A stretch of DNA of 64,000 bases from Pseudomonadota bacterium (lineage in GTDB: Bacteria; Bdellovibrionota_G; JALEGL01; DATDPG01): assembly GCA_043809315.1 (NCBI GenBank), contig JAZDDX010000015.1, forward strand, positions 1 through 64,000. The letters run 5' to 3'. This document shows, one piece after another, positions 17,597 through 26,896 of this stretch (position 1 is the stretch's first letter; every line of letters begins with the position of its first letter). Both the position numbers and the translations under genes were made by a program. The notes under the pieces are model-generated. The model saw only the letters and a program-made list of their open reading frames with translations, was not told the DNA's origin and did no database searches.

Positions 17597-18537
17597 TTGA
17601 AACTCTCCCCCTGAATCCGTTTCCGGACCCGTTCTCCCACGGCCTCGATCGAACTCGCCCGCAGCCGTTCGAACGCTTCGTTCGTTTTTGGGAACCCCCC
17701 CTGCGCTTCCGTGGCGAGTGCCTGTGCGAAGGTCCCCTTCCGGATCTCAGCCAGCATCGTTTCGAGCTCTTTCCGCAGTTCGGAAGAGATCAACCGTCGC
17801 GAAGCCTGGAACCCGCCGAACTGAGCCGTCGGGCTGGCGGCCCGAAGCGTGTCGTGAATCCCACGGCGCTGAAAGAGATCGACGATGAACTTCAGTTCAT
17901 GGACGCACTCGAGGTAGGCGATCTCCGGTTTCACTCCCCCTTTGACCAGGACATCGTACGTCTCGGCGACCAGCGCCGGAACGCCGCCGCAGAGAAGCGC
18001 TTGTTCGGAAAAGAGGTCGGTTTCGACTTCCTCCTTCACGGTCCCTTCGTAAATCCCCGCTTTCGCCGATCCGAGCCCTTCCGCCACGTTCTGGGCGATC
18101 TCCCAGGCATGTTTGCTGAAATCGTTCTCGATGGCGATGACGGCGGGAACGCCGCTTCCCGCAAGAAAACACTCCCGGACGGCGGTTCCGATCCCCTGGG
18201 GCGCGACCAGAATCCAGTCAGCAGAGGCAGGCCAAGAGGCGGTTCGATAGTGGAGCGTAAAGCCGTGCGCGAAACAAAGAGCCTGTCCTTCGCGGAAACT
18301 ATTCAAGTAAGTGGAACAGAACGACGGCATGGCGTCGTCCGGAATGAGGAGAGCGAGCACGGGGACCGATCCGATCCGATCGAGCGGCTCCGGTTCGAAC
18401 CCGAGCGAACGGGCGCGGTCAACGTGCGGCGTCGCGCCGCGAAAAAATGTCCGGACGCGCCATCCGCTATCCCGAAGATTCAGCCCCCATGGCTCCCCCT
18501 GGTTGCCGAACCCAACGATTCCAATCTCTTTCTCCAC
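17593..18537 (-). CDS. ilvC: Ketol-acid reductoisomerase family protein, probably acting as ketopantoate reductase
   Basis: GFGNQG, FAHGF, ETDLFSEQALLCGG, AYLECVHELK. First gene of the pan/coa operon; GTG start 18537. Confidence 0.88.
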   Translation of the reverse strand: MEKEIGIVGFGNQGEPWGLNLRDSGWRVRTFFRGATPHVDRARSLGFEPEPLDRIGSVPVLALLIPDDAMPSFCSTYLNSFREGQALCFAHGFTLHYRTASWPASADWILVAPQGIGTAVRECFLAGSGVPAVIAIENDFSKHAWEIAQNVAEGLGSAKAGIYEGTVKEEVETDLFSEQALLCGGVPALVAETYDVLVKGGVKPEIAYLECVHELKFIVDLFQRRGIHDTLRAASPTAQFGGFQASRRLISSELRKELETMLAEIRKGTFAQALATEAQGGFPKTNEAFERLRASSIEAVGERVRKRIQGESFK

Positions 18538-18622
18538 GCCTGTTTCCTTGACTGGCGGGGTCTTACCAGAGCGCCACCCCCCCTTCAAGGAACCGTTTTT
18601 TGACCGTGGTAAGATATAAACA

Positions 18623-19021
18623 GTGTCGCTTTTCTTCTCGATCTCCCTGACGTTCGTTCTGACGGCTGTGGTCCTCCTGCTCGCGGCGCGGGAGGTCTCC
18701 GCCTATCGCCTGGATCAAGCGAGCCGGGCGGAGATCTACCCCTATACGAAAAAAAGACTCGTCTGGCGGCTCACGGCCAGCGGCTGCCTGATCGGCGAGG
18801 TCGTCCTCTTAGGTGTCGTTCGCTTCGCTCTTTCCCCCACCCGGCCAGGGTGGTTCCTGGTCTATGTCTCCGCCGTTCTCTTTCTGGCGGCGGTGATGGT
18901 GGTCATGGCGTTTTTCGACTTCCGCGAGTCGGTACGGCTCGGGAGCTGGACCCTGGAGCGGTTGCGCAAGGAGTTCATTCACGAGGTACGGCGGGGGAAG
19001 GAGCCGCCGGAGACTCATTAG
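18623..19021 (+). CDS. Hypothetical membrane protein (about 3 TM)
   Basis: Three hydrophobic stretches; extended -10 TGGTAAGAT 7 nt before GTG. Confidence 0.7.
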   Translation: MSLFFSISLTFVLTAVVLLLAAREVSAYRLDQASRAEIYPYTKKRLVWRLTASGCLIGEVVLLGVVRFALSPTRPGWFLVYVSAVLFLAAVMVVMAFFDFRESVRLGSWTLERLRKEFIHEVRRGKEPPETH

Positions 19022-19031
19022 GGGCTGGATC

Positions 19032-19048
19032 CTGGCATCGGAGATGCA
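19032..19048 (+). promoter_or_regulatory. sigma54 -24/-12 promoter
   Basis: CTGGCATCGGAGATGCA, 15 nt before ATG 19064. Confidence 0.6.
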
Positions 19049-19063
19049 GTATACAGATAGATC

Positions 19064-19678
19064 ATGCCGGGCCGATTTCTAACTCTTTGGATTCTCATGG
19101 TTTCCCTGGGTGTAGCGGGGTTGACTGCGACAGCCTTCGCCCAGAAGGGGAAATCCAACCCCCCGACTGCGACCGGTGGATACCCTCCTTGGGCCTCCTC
19201 AGCCCCGGCTTCGGAACCAACCGCGGCAGCTCCGGCGGGTGGAGCAACGGGGGGAGATTCGTTCTTCGTCCCGGTTCAACCTCCGACATCGGAAGGGTTC
19301 GATTATTTCGATGATGAAGAGGAGAGCGGCGACGGAGGTGGGCGCTCCGGGGGGGGATCGGGACGCGAAGGGAAGGGGAGCTTCCGTCTCCTCAAGGAGT
19401 CGTCCGCCGATCGGTGCAAAAAATGGGGAAACTCGCTTCTCTCCGGAGAATCGTACACGGACAAGACCAGCTGTGAGATGGCTCTCGACAAGAAGGTCGA
19501 CGCGGGGAAGCTCTCGATCGAGGAGCTGACGGACAAGATCGAACGGTTCAAGCTCAAGAAGGTGATCCGCGGCGAACTAGGGAATCGCAACGAAGCGAAG
19601 AAGTACGACGTGTCGTTCCTAAGCCTCCAGAAAGCGCTGGACGACGCTGCGCAATCCGGTTGCAGCTGTTTGCGCTAA
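19064..19678 (+). CDS. Secreted hypothetical protein
   Basis: Sec signal ending AFA-Q; low-complexity linker; Cys-containing C-terminal domain. Confidence 0.75.
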   Translation: MPGRFLTLWILMVSLGVAGLTATAFAQKGKSNPPTATGGYPPWASSAPASEPTAAAPAGGATGGDSFFVPVQPPTSEGFDYFDDEEESGDGGGRSGGGSGREGKGSFRLLKESSADRCKKWGNSLLSGESYTDKTSCEMALDKKVDAGKLSIEELTDKIERFKLKKVIRGELGNRNEAKKYDVSFLSLQKALDDAAQSGCSCLR

Positions 19679-19698
19679 GATTAGACTCCCCCATCATC

Positions 19699-20175
19699 AT
19701 GAAGATCGGCGAACTCTTGATCGAAGCGGGGCTCTTGAATGCCGACCAGCTCGCATCTCCGATCACGCCGCGGATGGCGGTCTACGTGGTCCGGAAAGAT
19801 CAGATCGGCGGATACGCGGTGCGGGGATTCCCGGTTCACAACCGCGAGTTCGCGGAGATGAAACTTCCGGTCGGATCGCAGAGCGTGATCTGCCGGGTGG
19901 TCGAGTCGTCGGCCGATTTCCGGGGGCTCTATCAGCCGACTCCGGACGAGGAGAGGATCTTCGGGGTTCTCTCGATCCCGACCGGTACGAAGATCGAGCT
20001 GCATCCGATCCGGGTACATGGAAAAACGGTCGCGGCGTTCCTGGGGCTTCCCGCGACGGAGAAGGGGCTGACGAAGCCGGAGGCGGGGAACCGGATCACG
20101 CTGGTCTGCGGGAAGGCGGGGCTCGCGCTCGAGATGCTCAGCACGCGGAATAAGATCGCCCAACTTCCCGAATAA
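19699..20175 (+). CDS. Hypothetical protein with N-terminal MshEN-like half motif and GAF-like segment
   Basis: [18 protein letters not shown] resembles the RLG..L...G.....L motif. Confidence 0.55.
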   Translation: MKIGELLIEAGLLNADQLASPITPRMAVYVVRKDQIGGYAVRGFPVHNREFAEMKLPVGSQSVICRVVESSADFRGLYQPTPDEERIFGVLSIPTGTKIELHPIRVHGKTVAAFLGLPATEKGLTKPEAGNRITLVCGKAGLALEMLSTRNKIAQLPE

Positions 20176-20185
20176 GGAGAAACGG

Positions 20186-20734
20186 ATGCCGATCAAATCG
20201 GACAGGTGGATTCGCCGGATGGCGCTCGAGCACAAGATGATCGAACCGTTCGCCCCGGAGCAGGTGCGGGACGGGAAGATCTCGTTCGGGACCTCGAGCT
20301 ACGGGTACGACCTGCGCGTGGCGAACGAGTTCCAGATCTTCCGGGGGAAGAATCCGATCGATCCGAAGAAGTCGGACGAAACAGCGTTCGAAAGCTTCAA
20401 GGGAAGCGTCTGCGAGATTCCACCCAACTCGTTCGTTCTCGCCAAATCGGTCGAGTATTTCCGGATCCCGCGCGACATCCTGACGATCTGTTTCGGGAAG
20501 TCGACCTACGCGCGTTGCGGGATCGTCGTGAACGTGACGCCGTTCGAGCCGGAGTGGGAGGGGTTCGTCACGATGGCGATTTCAAATACCTCCCCGGTCC
20601 CGGTCCGGATCTACGCGAACGAGGGGATTGCTCAGGTCGTTTTCCTCAAAGCCGACGAGGTTTGTGAAACTTCGTACGCCGACAAGAAGGGGAAGTACCA
20701 GGCGCAGAAGACGATTACCGCTGCGAAGGTCTAG
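20186..20734 (+). CDS. dcd: dCTP deaminase
   Basis: [48 protein letters not shown]. Confidence 0.97.
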   Translation: MPIKSDRWIRRMALEHKMIEPFAPEQVRDGKISFGTSSYGYDLRVANEFQIFRGKNPIDPKKSDETAFESFKGSVCEIPPNSFVLAKSVEYFRIPRDILTICFGKSTYARCGIVVNVTPFEPEWEGFVTMAISNTSPVPVRIYANEGIAQVVFLKADEVCETSYADKKGKYQAQKTITAAKV

Positions 20735-20762
20735 TTACAAGGAGTGCATTAGAAAATTGCAA

Positions 20763-21995
20763 TCAGTTCACAAATTTCGACCGCAGCCAGGCATCGCCGC
20801 GATTGTTTGTGTGGGCGATTGCTTGTTCGGTATTCCCCTGGGCGTCCACGACGCGAGACCCTGCGGCTACCCCGACGATGCTACGGAAGGCGATACTCGA
20901 GGTACGGAACATATCGATTGGTTTCGGCACCGGGGCAAAATTGGCGCCTCCATTGTCTGAGCGAAGGAACGCATCGCTTGCCGGTGCATACACGCGGTTT
21001 GTATCGACGAAGGCGACATTGTTAATGACCTGGCCGGTGTAGTTTGAAACACGGTAAACCTCGGACCAGCTTGTGCCCCCATTGGTTGTGCGAAGGATCA
21101 CGTCACCAAGACCAGCCGCGATCCCGAGGCTTGCGCTGCCGAAGTCGATGTCATAGAGGGAGAAGATGCTTCCGGTAGGAGCGTAAGCGATTTGCCAGAT
21201 ATCGCCTCCTTTGTCCGTGTAAAGCACTCGGTTGTGGTCGGTCGTGACCGACGCATGACTCGAATCGATCACATGTATTCCAGTAACAGTCTCGTTGAAT
21301 TGATCAGGACTTGGCGGCAGAGATTTTTCGCTCCACGTGACTCCAGAATCAGAGGTGACAAAAAGGCTTCCGGTACCGACGCCACCCACCCAGGCGTGCG
21401 TCGCATCGGCAGCATACACAGCCCAGGGATTCAGCGAAGGATTCGGACGCGTTAGATTCTGCCAATGTGCACCCCCGTCCGCACTTTGCATTAGAATTGG
21501 CGACCGCATAAAATTGCCGGGCGCGCAGGCAAAGCCGGCCTGCCCGGAAAAAGAGACGGAGCGAAGGCTGGTGCTCAAACTGGACTGAATAATTTTAAAG
21601 GTGGCACCACCGTCCGTAGACCGCGCGATCCCCTGGCCGATGCCAACCACCGTCTGATTGTCAACAAAACTGAAACTCGTAATTAAAGGTCCGCAGATGC
21701 CGCAATCGATACTGCACGAGGAACAGCTCTCACCGAACTCGCAGACCGCGTTGCCACACTGTCCGTTAGGAGGTGAAGTGGGTGTGGGCGTAGGTGTTAC
21801 GGTGGGTCTGTTTGGCGTTGGGGTGGGAGTGGGTGTCGGTGTCCTTTTACCCCCTTTTGCATCGTAAATTGAAGATGGCTCACTTGAACGGAGGTCATTT
21901 GTGGAAGACGAATCCAAATCAATATTGCTTCCACATCCAGTGACCACGAATGAGAACAAAAGAAAGTTTGCGAATCCTAAGGTTAGCCTTTTCAT
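20763..21995 (-). CDS. Lipoprotein with PT linker, Cys-rich module and Ycf48/BNR-type beta-propeller
   Basis: Start MKRLTLG (SD GGAGG); lipobox VTGC; TPTPTP; CGNAVCEFGESCSSCSIDCGIC; S.DGG..W repeats. Confidence 0.85.
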   Translation of the reverse strand: MKRLTLGFANFLLFSFVVTGCGSNIDLDSSSTNDLRSSEPSSIYDAKGGKRTPTPTPTPTPNRPTVTPTPTPTSPPNGQCGNAVCEFGESCSSCSIDCGICGPLITSFSFVDNQTVVGIGQGIARSTDGGATFKIIQSSLSTSLRSVSFSGQAGFACAPGNFMRSPILMQSADGGAHWQNLTRPNPSLNPWAVYAADATHAWVGGVGTGSLFVTSDSGVTWSEKSLPPSPDQFNETVTGIHVIDSSHASVTTDHNRVLYTDKGGDIWQIAYAPTGSIFSLYDIDFGSASLGIAAGLGDVILRTTNGGTSWSEVYRVSNYTGQVINNVAFVDTNRVYAPASDAFLRSDNGGANFAPVPKPIDMFRTSSIAFRSIVGVAAGSRVVDAQGNTEQAIAHTNNRGDAWLRSKFVN

Positions 21996-22022
21996 TTTTG
22001 CCTCCGTAAGAAGCCTTCTCAC

Positions 22023-22039
22023 TGCAAATCCAACGCCAA
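22023..22039 (-). promoter_or_regulatory. sigma54 -24/-12 promoter
   Basis: Minus strand TTGGCGTTGGATTTGCA, 27 nt before ATG 21995. Confidence 0.7.
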
Positions 22040-22179
22040 AGGGTCGGAAGGATCTAGGATGTTGAAATGACAAATGTTTTTGCTTCTTGAGGCGGAGAGG
22101 GGAACCCATTTGAGCTATGCAAAAAAATGCATATTCTCCCTTCTCCATGAAAAGTTTGCGGACCGACGCTAAGGTGTAA

Positions 22180-22479
22180 TTAGGCGGCTCTCGAGAAACG
22201 CACCTTCGTGCGGTAACCGAGCGATCCCAGAATCCGCAGGAGCAGGTCGGTCGAAACCTGGTACGTGTTGCGGTTGAGAATGGCCGTAATGCGGGTCCGG
22301 GAGGTCCCGGAGATCTTGGCGACTTGGGCATGGGTCAAATGGCGAGCTCTCACCGCCTCAATGATCTTGTCGTTGAGGTCGCAATGGACCTCGATTTCGA
22401 CCCCATCAGCCGGAGAAAGTCCGAGAGCCGCAGCCAGTTCCGCCGCAGTCCGCGTCACGATCGGTTTAATCTTCTTCAC
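22180..22479 (-). CDS. HigA-type XRE HTH antitoxin
   Basis: LTHAQVAKISGTSRTRITAILN..VSTDLLLRIL; lies downstream of a RelE-like ORF. Confidence 0.8.
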   Translation of the reverse strand: MKKIKPIVTRTAAELAAALGLSPADGVEIEVHCDLNDKIIEAVRARHLTHAQVAKISGTSRTRITAILNRNTYQVSTDLLLRILGSLGYRTKVRFSRAA

Positions 22480-22725
22480 GTGTCATCTCCCTCAATCTTC
22501 TTTGAGCAAGCTCCAATTCGCGATCGGGCGTTTTCTCCTGTTTCTTTGAGAAAACATGAAGCACGAGAATTCCGTAGCGCCATCCACTCAAAATGAAGGC
22601 CCGGAAACTGCCATCCCGACCTCGAATCCGTAACTCTTCAACGCCTGGCCCGACGATCGGCATCGTGCGGGAAAGAGGCATTCCAAGCCTGCTTCCTCGC
22701 TGGAGATTCCGAATTGCTTTTCCCA
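22466..22725 (-). pseudogene. RelE/ParE (Gp49-like) toxin, apparently 5'-truncated
   Basis: GVEELRIR..FRAF..ILVLHVFSKKQEKTPDRELELAQRRL. N-terminal strand/helix missing; reading frame abuts the promoter palindrome. Confidence 0.7.
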
Positions 22726-22751
22726 TGTCCCGAATCCGGGACAAGTGTCAA
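22726..22751 (-). promoter_or_regulatory. TA promoter: -35 TTGACA plus operator palindrome
   Basis: TTGACA (22751-22746) then TGTCCCG-GATT-CGGGACA (22743-22726). Confidence 0.65.
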
Positions 22752-22905
22752 GGGGGATTGTTTTTTCAAACATCGTTCCAGGAAGAATCGCAAGACGGAT
22801 GCCGACGATGGAAAACAGAAACCGATTCTCGGTCCTCGGGGTCCGATTTCTAGCTAACATGATGAAACCCTTGACACAAAGTGGCCAAACTCCTACGAAG
22901 GCTTG

Positions 22906-23523
22906 GTGATCTCCCTGCGGACGTTCGTTTTCATCGACTCCCTGCAACCCCAGCTCGCCGCGTATATCGGATCGACTGCCAAAGGTTTTTTGCCCCTTGC
23001 CGAGATGGCGGCGCTCTATATCGAAATCGCACCGGGAATCGCGATCAACCGGATCACCGACATCGCCCTCAAAGCGACCAAGGTCAAACCGGCCGTTCAG
23101 GTGGTCGAGCGGGCCTTCGGCCTTCTCGAGGTCCACGAGGCCGACAAGGGAGAGGTCCGTTCCGCCGGCGCCGCGATCCTTCGTCATCTGGAGCTGACCG
23201 AAGAGGACCGGATGGCCCCGAAGATCGTCTCGAACCAAATCATCCGGGGGGTCGACCCGCACCAGTCGCAGCTGGTCAACCGGAGCCGCTCCGGATCGAT
23301 GTTGCTGCCCGGACAATCTTTGTTCATTCTGGAGACGGAGCCGGCCGGATACATCTCATTCGCTGCGAACGAAGCGGAGAAAGCGGCGAACGTCAACCTG
23401 ATCGACGTTCGTCCGTACGGCGCGTTCGGTCGTTTGTATTTGGGGGGTACCGAATCGGAGATCGACTCGGCGGCGCAGGCCGCCGTCAACGCTTTGGGAA
23501 CTTTGCGGGGAAAGACCGCGTAA
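22906..23523 (+). CDS. BMC-T tandem-domain shell protein (CcmP/CsoS1D-like, permuted)
   Basis: [51 protein letters not shown]. Confidence 0.92.
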   Translation: MISLRTFVFIDSLQPQLAAYIGSTAKGFLPLAEMAALYIEIAPGIAINRITDIALKATKVKPAVQVVERAFGLLEVHEADKGEVRSAGAAILRHLELTEEDRMAPKIVSNQIIRGVDPHQSQLVNRSRSGSMLLPGQSLFILETEPAGYISFAANEAEKAANVNLIDVRPYGAFGRLYLGGTESEIDSAAQAAVNALGTLRGKTA

Positions 23524-23542
23524 CGAAAGGGGAGGCAAGAAG

Positions 23543-23857
23543 ATGTCAGATGCATTGGGATTGATCGAAACCCGCGGATTCGTGGGGATGGTGGAAGCAG
23601 CGGACGCGATGGTGAAAGCGGCCCGGGTGGAGTTGGTCGGGTACGAGAAGATCGGCGGCGGGTACGTGACCTGCATCGTCCGCGGCGATGTCGCGGCGGT
23701 GAAGGCCGCCACGGAAGCCGGCGCGAAGAGTGCCGAGCGCGTGGGAGAGCTGGTCTCCGTGCACGTGATTCCGAGACCGCATCCGAACGTCGACACCGCG
23801 CTCCCTCTCGGACGGACGACCGCGGCTGCGCAGGCGAAAGCCGCCGGCGCGAAGTAG
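23543..23857 (+). CDS. BMC-H hexameric shell protein (EutM/PduA/CcmK family)
   Basis: [36 protein letters not shown]. Confidence 0.97.
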   Translation: MSDALGLIETRGFVGMVEAADAMVKAARVELVGYEKIGGGYVTCIVRGDVAAVKAATEAGAKSAERVGELVSVHVIPRPHPNVDTALPLGRTTAAAQAKAAGAK

Positions 23858-23866
23858 CGAGGAGCC

Positions 23867-24154
23867 ATGGTCCTCGGACAGGTGGTGGGGACGGTCGTCT
23901 CCACCCGGAAGGACGAGAAGCTTCAAGGGCTCCGCTTCCTGGTGGTCAAGAATCTCGATCTGGACGGGAAACCGGCCGGTGCGTATGTCGTCGCGGTCGA
24001 CTCGATCGGAGCCGACCGCGGGGAGGTCGTTCTGTATGCGACCGGAAGCTCCGCGCGGCAGACCGCGGTGTCCAAAGACCGCCCGGTCGACGCCGTGATC
24101 ATGGCGATCGTAGATACCGTCGAGGTCATGGGGCAGACGAGGTACCAGAAGTAA
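23867..24154 (+). CDS. BMC-P pentameric vertex protein (EutN/CcmL)
   Basis: [39 protein letters not shown]. Confidence 0.96.
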   Translation: MVLGQVVGTVVSTRKDEKLQGLRFLVVKNLDLDGKPAGAYVVAVDSIGADRGEVVLYATGSSARQTAVSKDRPVDAVIMAIVDTVEVMGQTRYQK

Positions 24155-24157
24155 CCC

Positions 24158-25564
24158 ATGCGGGTTTCGGACACGCATCTCGAATCGATCGTTCGGCAGG
24201 TGGTCGACCGCCTCTCGCGCGAGCGTGACGAGCGTCCCGCGGGAGGGAAGGCCCATCCCCAGGTCGGCGTGTTCGACGACATGAATGCGGCGGCTGCCGC
24301 CGCCGAACCGGCCCAGCGTGCGCTTTTGTCTCTCTCCCTGGCTCACCGGAAACGGATGATCGCAGCGATCCGCGCGCTTCTGCACCGGTTCGTGAACGAA
24401 CTGGCGGAGTCTGCGGTAACGGAGACCGGCCTCGGCCGGGTCGACGACAAGATCCTCAAAAACCGGCTCGTGATCGACAAGACTCCGGGCCCCGAGATCC
24501 TGGAACCGTGGACCTTCACGGGAGATGACGGCCTGACGCTTCACGAGCGGAGCCCGATCGGAGTTTTGGCCGCAATCACCCCCTGCACCAACCCTTCGGA
24601 AACCGTGATCTGCAATGCAATCGGGATGGTTTCGGCCGGGAACGCCGTCATCTTCAACCCCCACCCGCTCGCCAAGCGGGTTTCAGCGCGGACCGTCGAA
24701 CTCTTGAACGAGGCGATCATCTCGACCGGCGGCCCGGCGAATCTGGTTTGCTGCCTGCGCGAGCCGACGATCGAGAGCGCCCAGGCGTTGATGCGTCACC
24801 CGAAGGTTCGGATGGTAGTCGTCACAGGAGGCCCGGCGGTTGTGGCCGAGGCGATGAAGAGCGGGAAGAAGTGCATCGCGGCCGGCCCCGGGAATCCGCC
24901 GGTCGTGGTCGACGAGAGCGCCGACCTCGACGTCGCCGGCAAGGGAATCGTTCTGGGATCGTCGCTCGACAACAACATCGTCTGCATCGCGGAGAAAGAG
25001 ATCATCGCGGTCGACTCGATCGCCGACGACCTGAAGAAATCGATCACACGACATGGCGGGTTCGAGTTGACGGAGCACAACCGTTCGAAGCTCGAGAGGC
25101 TCGTCCTGGACGGTGATCATCCGCACAAAGATTGGATCGGAAAAAACGCGACGAAAATGTTGGCGGCTCTCGGAATTTCAGCCGATCCGAGCGTTCGTGT
25201 CCTTTTCTGCGAGACGCCCCGCGAGCACCCGTTTGTCCAACTCGAGATGCTGATGCCGGTGATCCCTATGGTCCGGGTCAAGACGGTCCACGAGGGGATC
25301 GTCTTCGCGAAGGATGTGGAGCACGGGTTCCGCCATACGGCGGTCATGTACTCCCGCAACATCGACAACCTTCACGAGATGGCGAAGATGTCGGACGTCT
25401 CGATCTTCGTGAAGAACGCCCCGAGCTATGCGGGCTTAGGCATGGGAGGGGAAGGGTACACGTCGTTCACGATCGCAGGGCCCACGGGAGAGGGGCTGAC
25501 CACGGCGATCAACTTTTCGCGCGAGCGGCGATGCACCCTCGCCGGGCGATTCCGGATCGTCTGA
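24158..25564 (+). CDS. CoA-acylating aldehyde dehydrogenase (EutE/PduP family) with N-terminal encapsulation peptide
   Basis: ITPCTNP, TGGPAVV, AGPGNPP, NNIVCIAEKE, ELMMP-like EMLMP, GEGYTSFTIAGPTGEG. N-terminal helix LESIVRQVVDRL. Confidence 0.95.
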   Translation: MRVSDTHLESIVRQVVDRLSRERDERPAGGKAHPQVGVFDDMNAAAAAAEPAQRALLSLSLAHRKRMIAAIRALLHRFVNELAESAVTETGLGRVDDKILKNRLVIDKTPGPEILEPWTFTGDDGLTLHERSPIGVLAAITPCTNPSETVICNAIGMVSAGNAVIFNPHPLAKRVSARTVELLNEAIISTGGPANLVCCLREPTIESAQALMRHPKVRMVVVTGGPAVVAEAMKSGKKCIAAGPGNPPVVVDESADLDVAGKGIVLGSSLDNNIVCIAEKEIIAVDSIADDLKKSITRHGGFELTEHNRSKLERLVLDGDHPHKDWIGKNATKMLAALGISADPSVRVLFCETPREHPFVQLEMLMPVIPMVRVKTVHEGIVFAKDVEHGFRHTAVMYSRNIDNLHEMAKMSDVSIFVKNAPSYAGLGMGGEGYTSFTIAGPTGEGLTTAINFSRERRCTLAGRFRIV

Positions 25565-25830
25565 TGGAGCTCGCCCGAGTCATCGGAACCGTCACTGCCA
25601 CGATGAAGGCGGAGGAGCTTCGGGGTGTGAAGCTTCTGCTCCTCCAGCCGATCGATCACACGGAAAAAGAAAAAGGGAAGCCGATTGTCGCGGTCGACAA
25701 AGGCCAGGCGGGGATCGGGGACAAGGTCTATTACGTGCTCGGACGGGAGGCGGCTCTGACGCTCGACAAGACGTTTGTCGCGGTCGATGCCGGAGTGGTC
25801 GGGATCGTCGACGAGGTGGATGTCCCGTGA
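25564..25830 (+). CDS. BMC-P vertex protein
   Basis: MELARVIGTVTATMK..VAVD..AGIGD..VDAGVVGIVD; start overlaps the AldDH stop. Confidence 0.93.
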   Translation: MELARVIGTVTATMKAEELRGVKLLLLQPIDHTEKEKGKPIVAVDKGQAGIGDKVYYVLGREAALTLDKTFVAVDAGVVGIVDEVDVP

Positions 25831-26099
25831 TCATCGCCCGAGTCATCGGGACCGCTGTGGCCACCGTCAAACACCCCTCCTACAACGGACGGAAAGTGAT
25901 GATCGTTCAGCCGCTGGCCCCGGAAGGGGAGGATCAGGGACAGTCCTTTCTCGCGGTTGATGCGGTTCAGTCGGGTCCCGGGGATCGCGTCCTCGTGGCG
26001 CGCGAGGGGAACGCCGCCCGCCAGATCCTCGAAGCGGGGGAAGCCCCGATCCACGCCGTCATTCTGGGCATCATCGACGAAGTGAATCTGCCAAACTGA
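25827..26099 (+). CDS. BMC-P vertex protein
   Basis: MIIARVIGTAVATVKH..LAVDAVQSGPGD..EGNAARQ..ILGIID. Confidence 0.93.
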   Translation: MIIARVIGTAVATVKHPSYNGRKVMIVQPLAPEGEDQGQSFLAVDAVQSGPGDRVLVAREGNAARQILEAGEAPIHAVILGIIDEVNLPN

Positions 26100-26106
26100 G
26101 ATCAAT

Positions 26107-26859
26107 ATGGCCTCCCCCGAACGAATCCGGTTTACGCTAGGTGGTTCGCTCACGCCGGTGGTGCGCGTTCTTCTCTGGGTCAACGGCCTGGTCTGGCTGT
26201 TTCTGATGCTCGTCAAAGGCCGGGTTTACGCACCGGTCGGGGAGAGTTACGCCGACATTCTGACCGAGCTTCTGGGGCTTTCCCCGAAAGCGGTATTCCA
26301 CGACTGGGCGCTCTGGCAACCGATCACCTACCTCTTCGTCCATCGGGAATTTTGGCATCTGGTCCTCAACATGCTCGGCCTCTGGTGGTTCGGCGTAGAC
26401 CTCGAGGCGACTTGGGGGCCGAAAACCTTCCTGAGGTACTACTTTTTCACCGGCATCGGTGCCGGGATCGTCTCCGCCCTGTTCGGGATCCCGACGATCG
26501 GGGCTTCGGGCGCAATCTACGGGGTTCTCCTCGGGTACGGGATGCTCTTCCCGAACCGCGTCCTCTACCTCTATTTCGTCGTTCCGGTGAAGGCGAAGTA
26601 CTGTGTCCTCTTGTTCGGTGTCGTCGAGCTCCTGGCCGTCGTGCAGGGCGGGAGCGGTGGAGTGAACAACCTGGCGCATGTGAGCGGCCTCGTTTTTGGA
26701 TTGATCTGGTTCATCTTTGCCCGCCGCCAGCTCCACCTGGGAGAGTTATGGCGCCAGCTGCGGAAACGGCGGATGCGCCGTCGTCTCCAGTTGATCCGGA
26801 AGGATCAAGGGGAGGACGCCGAATCCCCCGAACCGTACGACCATCCCACCATTCATTGA
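26107..26859 (+). CDS. Rhomboid family intramembrane serine protease
   Basis: WQPITYLFVH..HLVLNML; GASG; AHVSG. Confidence 0.93.
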   Translation: MASPERIRFTLGGSLTPVVRVLLWVNGLVWLFLMLVKGRVYAPVGESYADILTELLGLSPKAVFHDWALWQPITYLFVHREFWHLVLNMLGLWWFGVDLEATWGPKTFLRYYFFTGIGAGIVSALFGIPTIGASGAIYGVLLGYGMLFPNRVLYLYFVVPVKAKYCVLLFGVVELLAVVQGGSGGVNNLAHVSGLVFGLIWFIFARRQLHLGELWRQLRKRRMRRRLQLIRKDQGEDAESPEPYDHPTIH

Positions 26860-26896
26860 TTGAATCGCAGCGGGGGCTTGCGTAGATTCCCCCCGG

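Noticed and set aside
21996-22331. Extension of the propeller ORF to 522 aa
   Set aside because: Overlaps the antitoxin and promoter; SD and lipoprotein signal indicate the start at 21995.
25132-25563. N-terminal extension on the second BMC-P
   Set aside because: Alternate frame inside the aldehyde dehydrogenase; the BMC-P motif starts at 25564.
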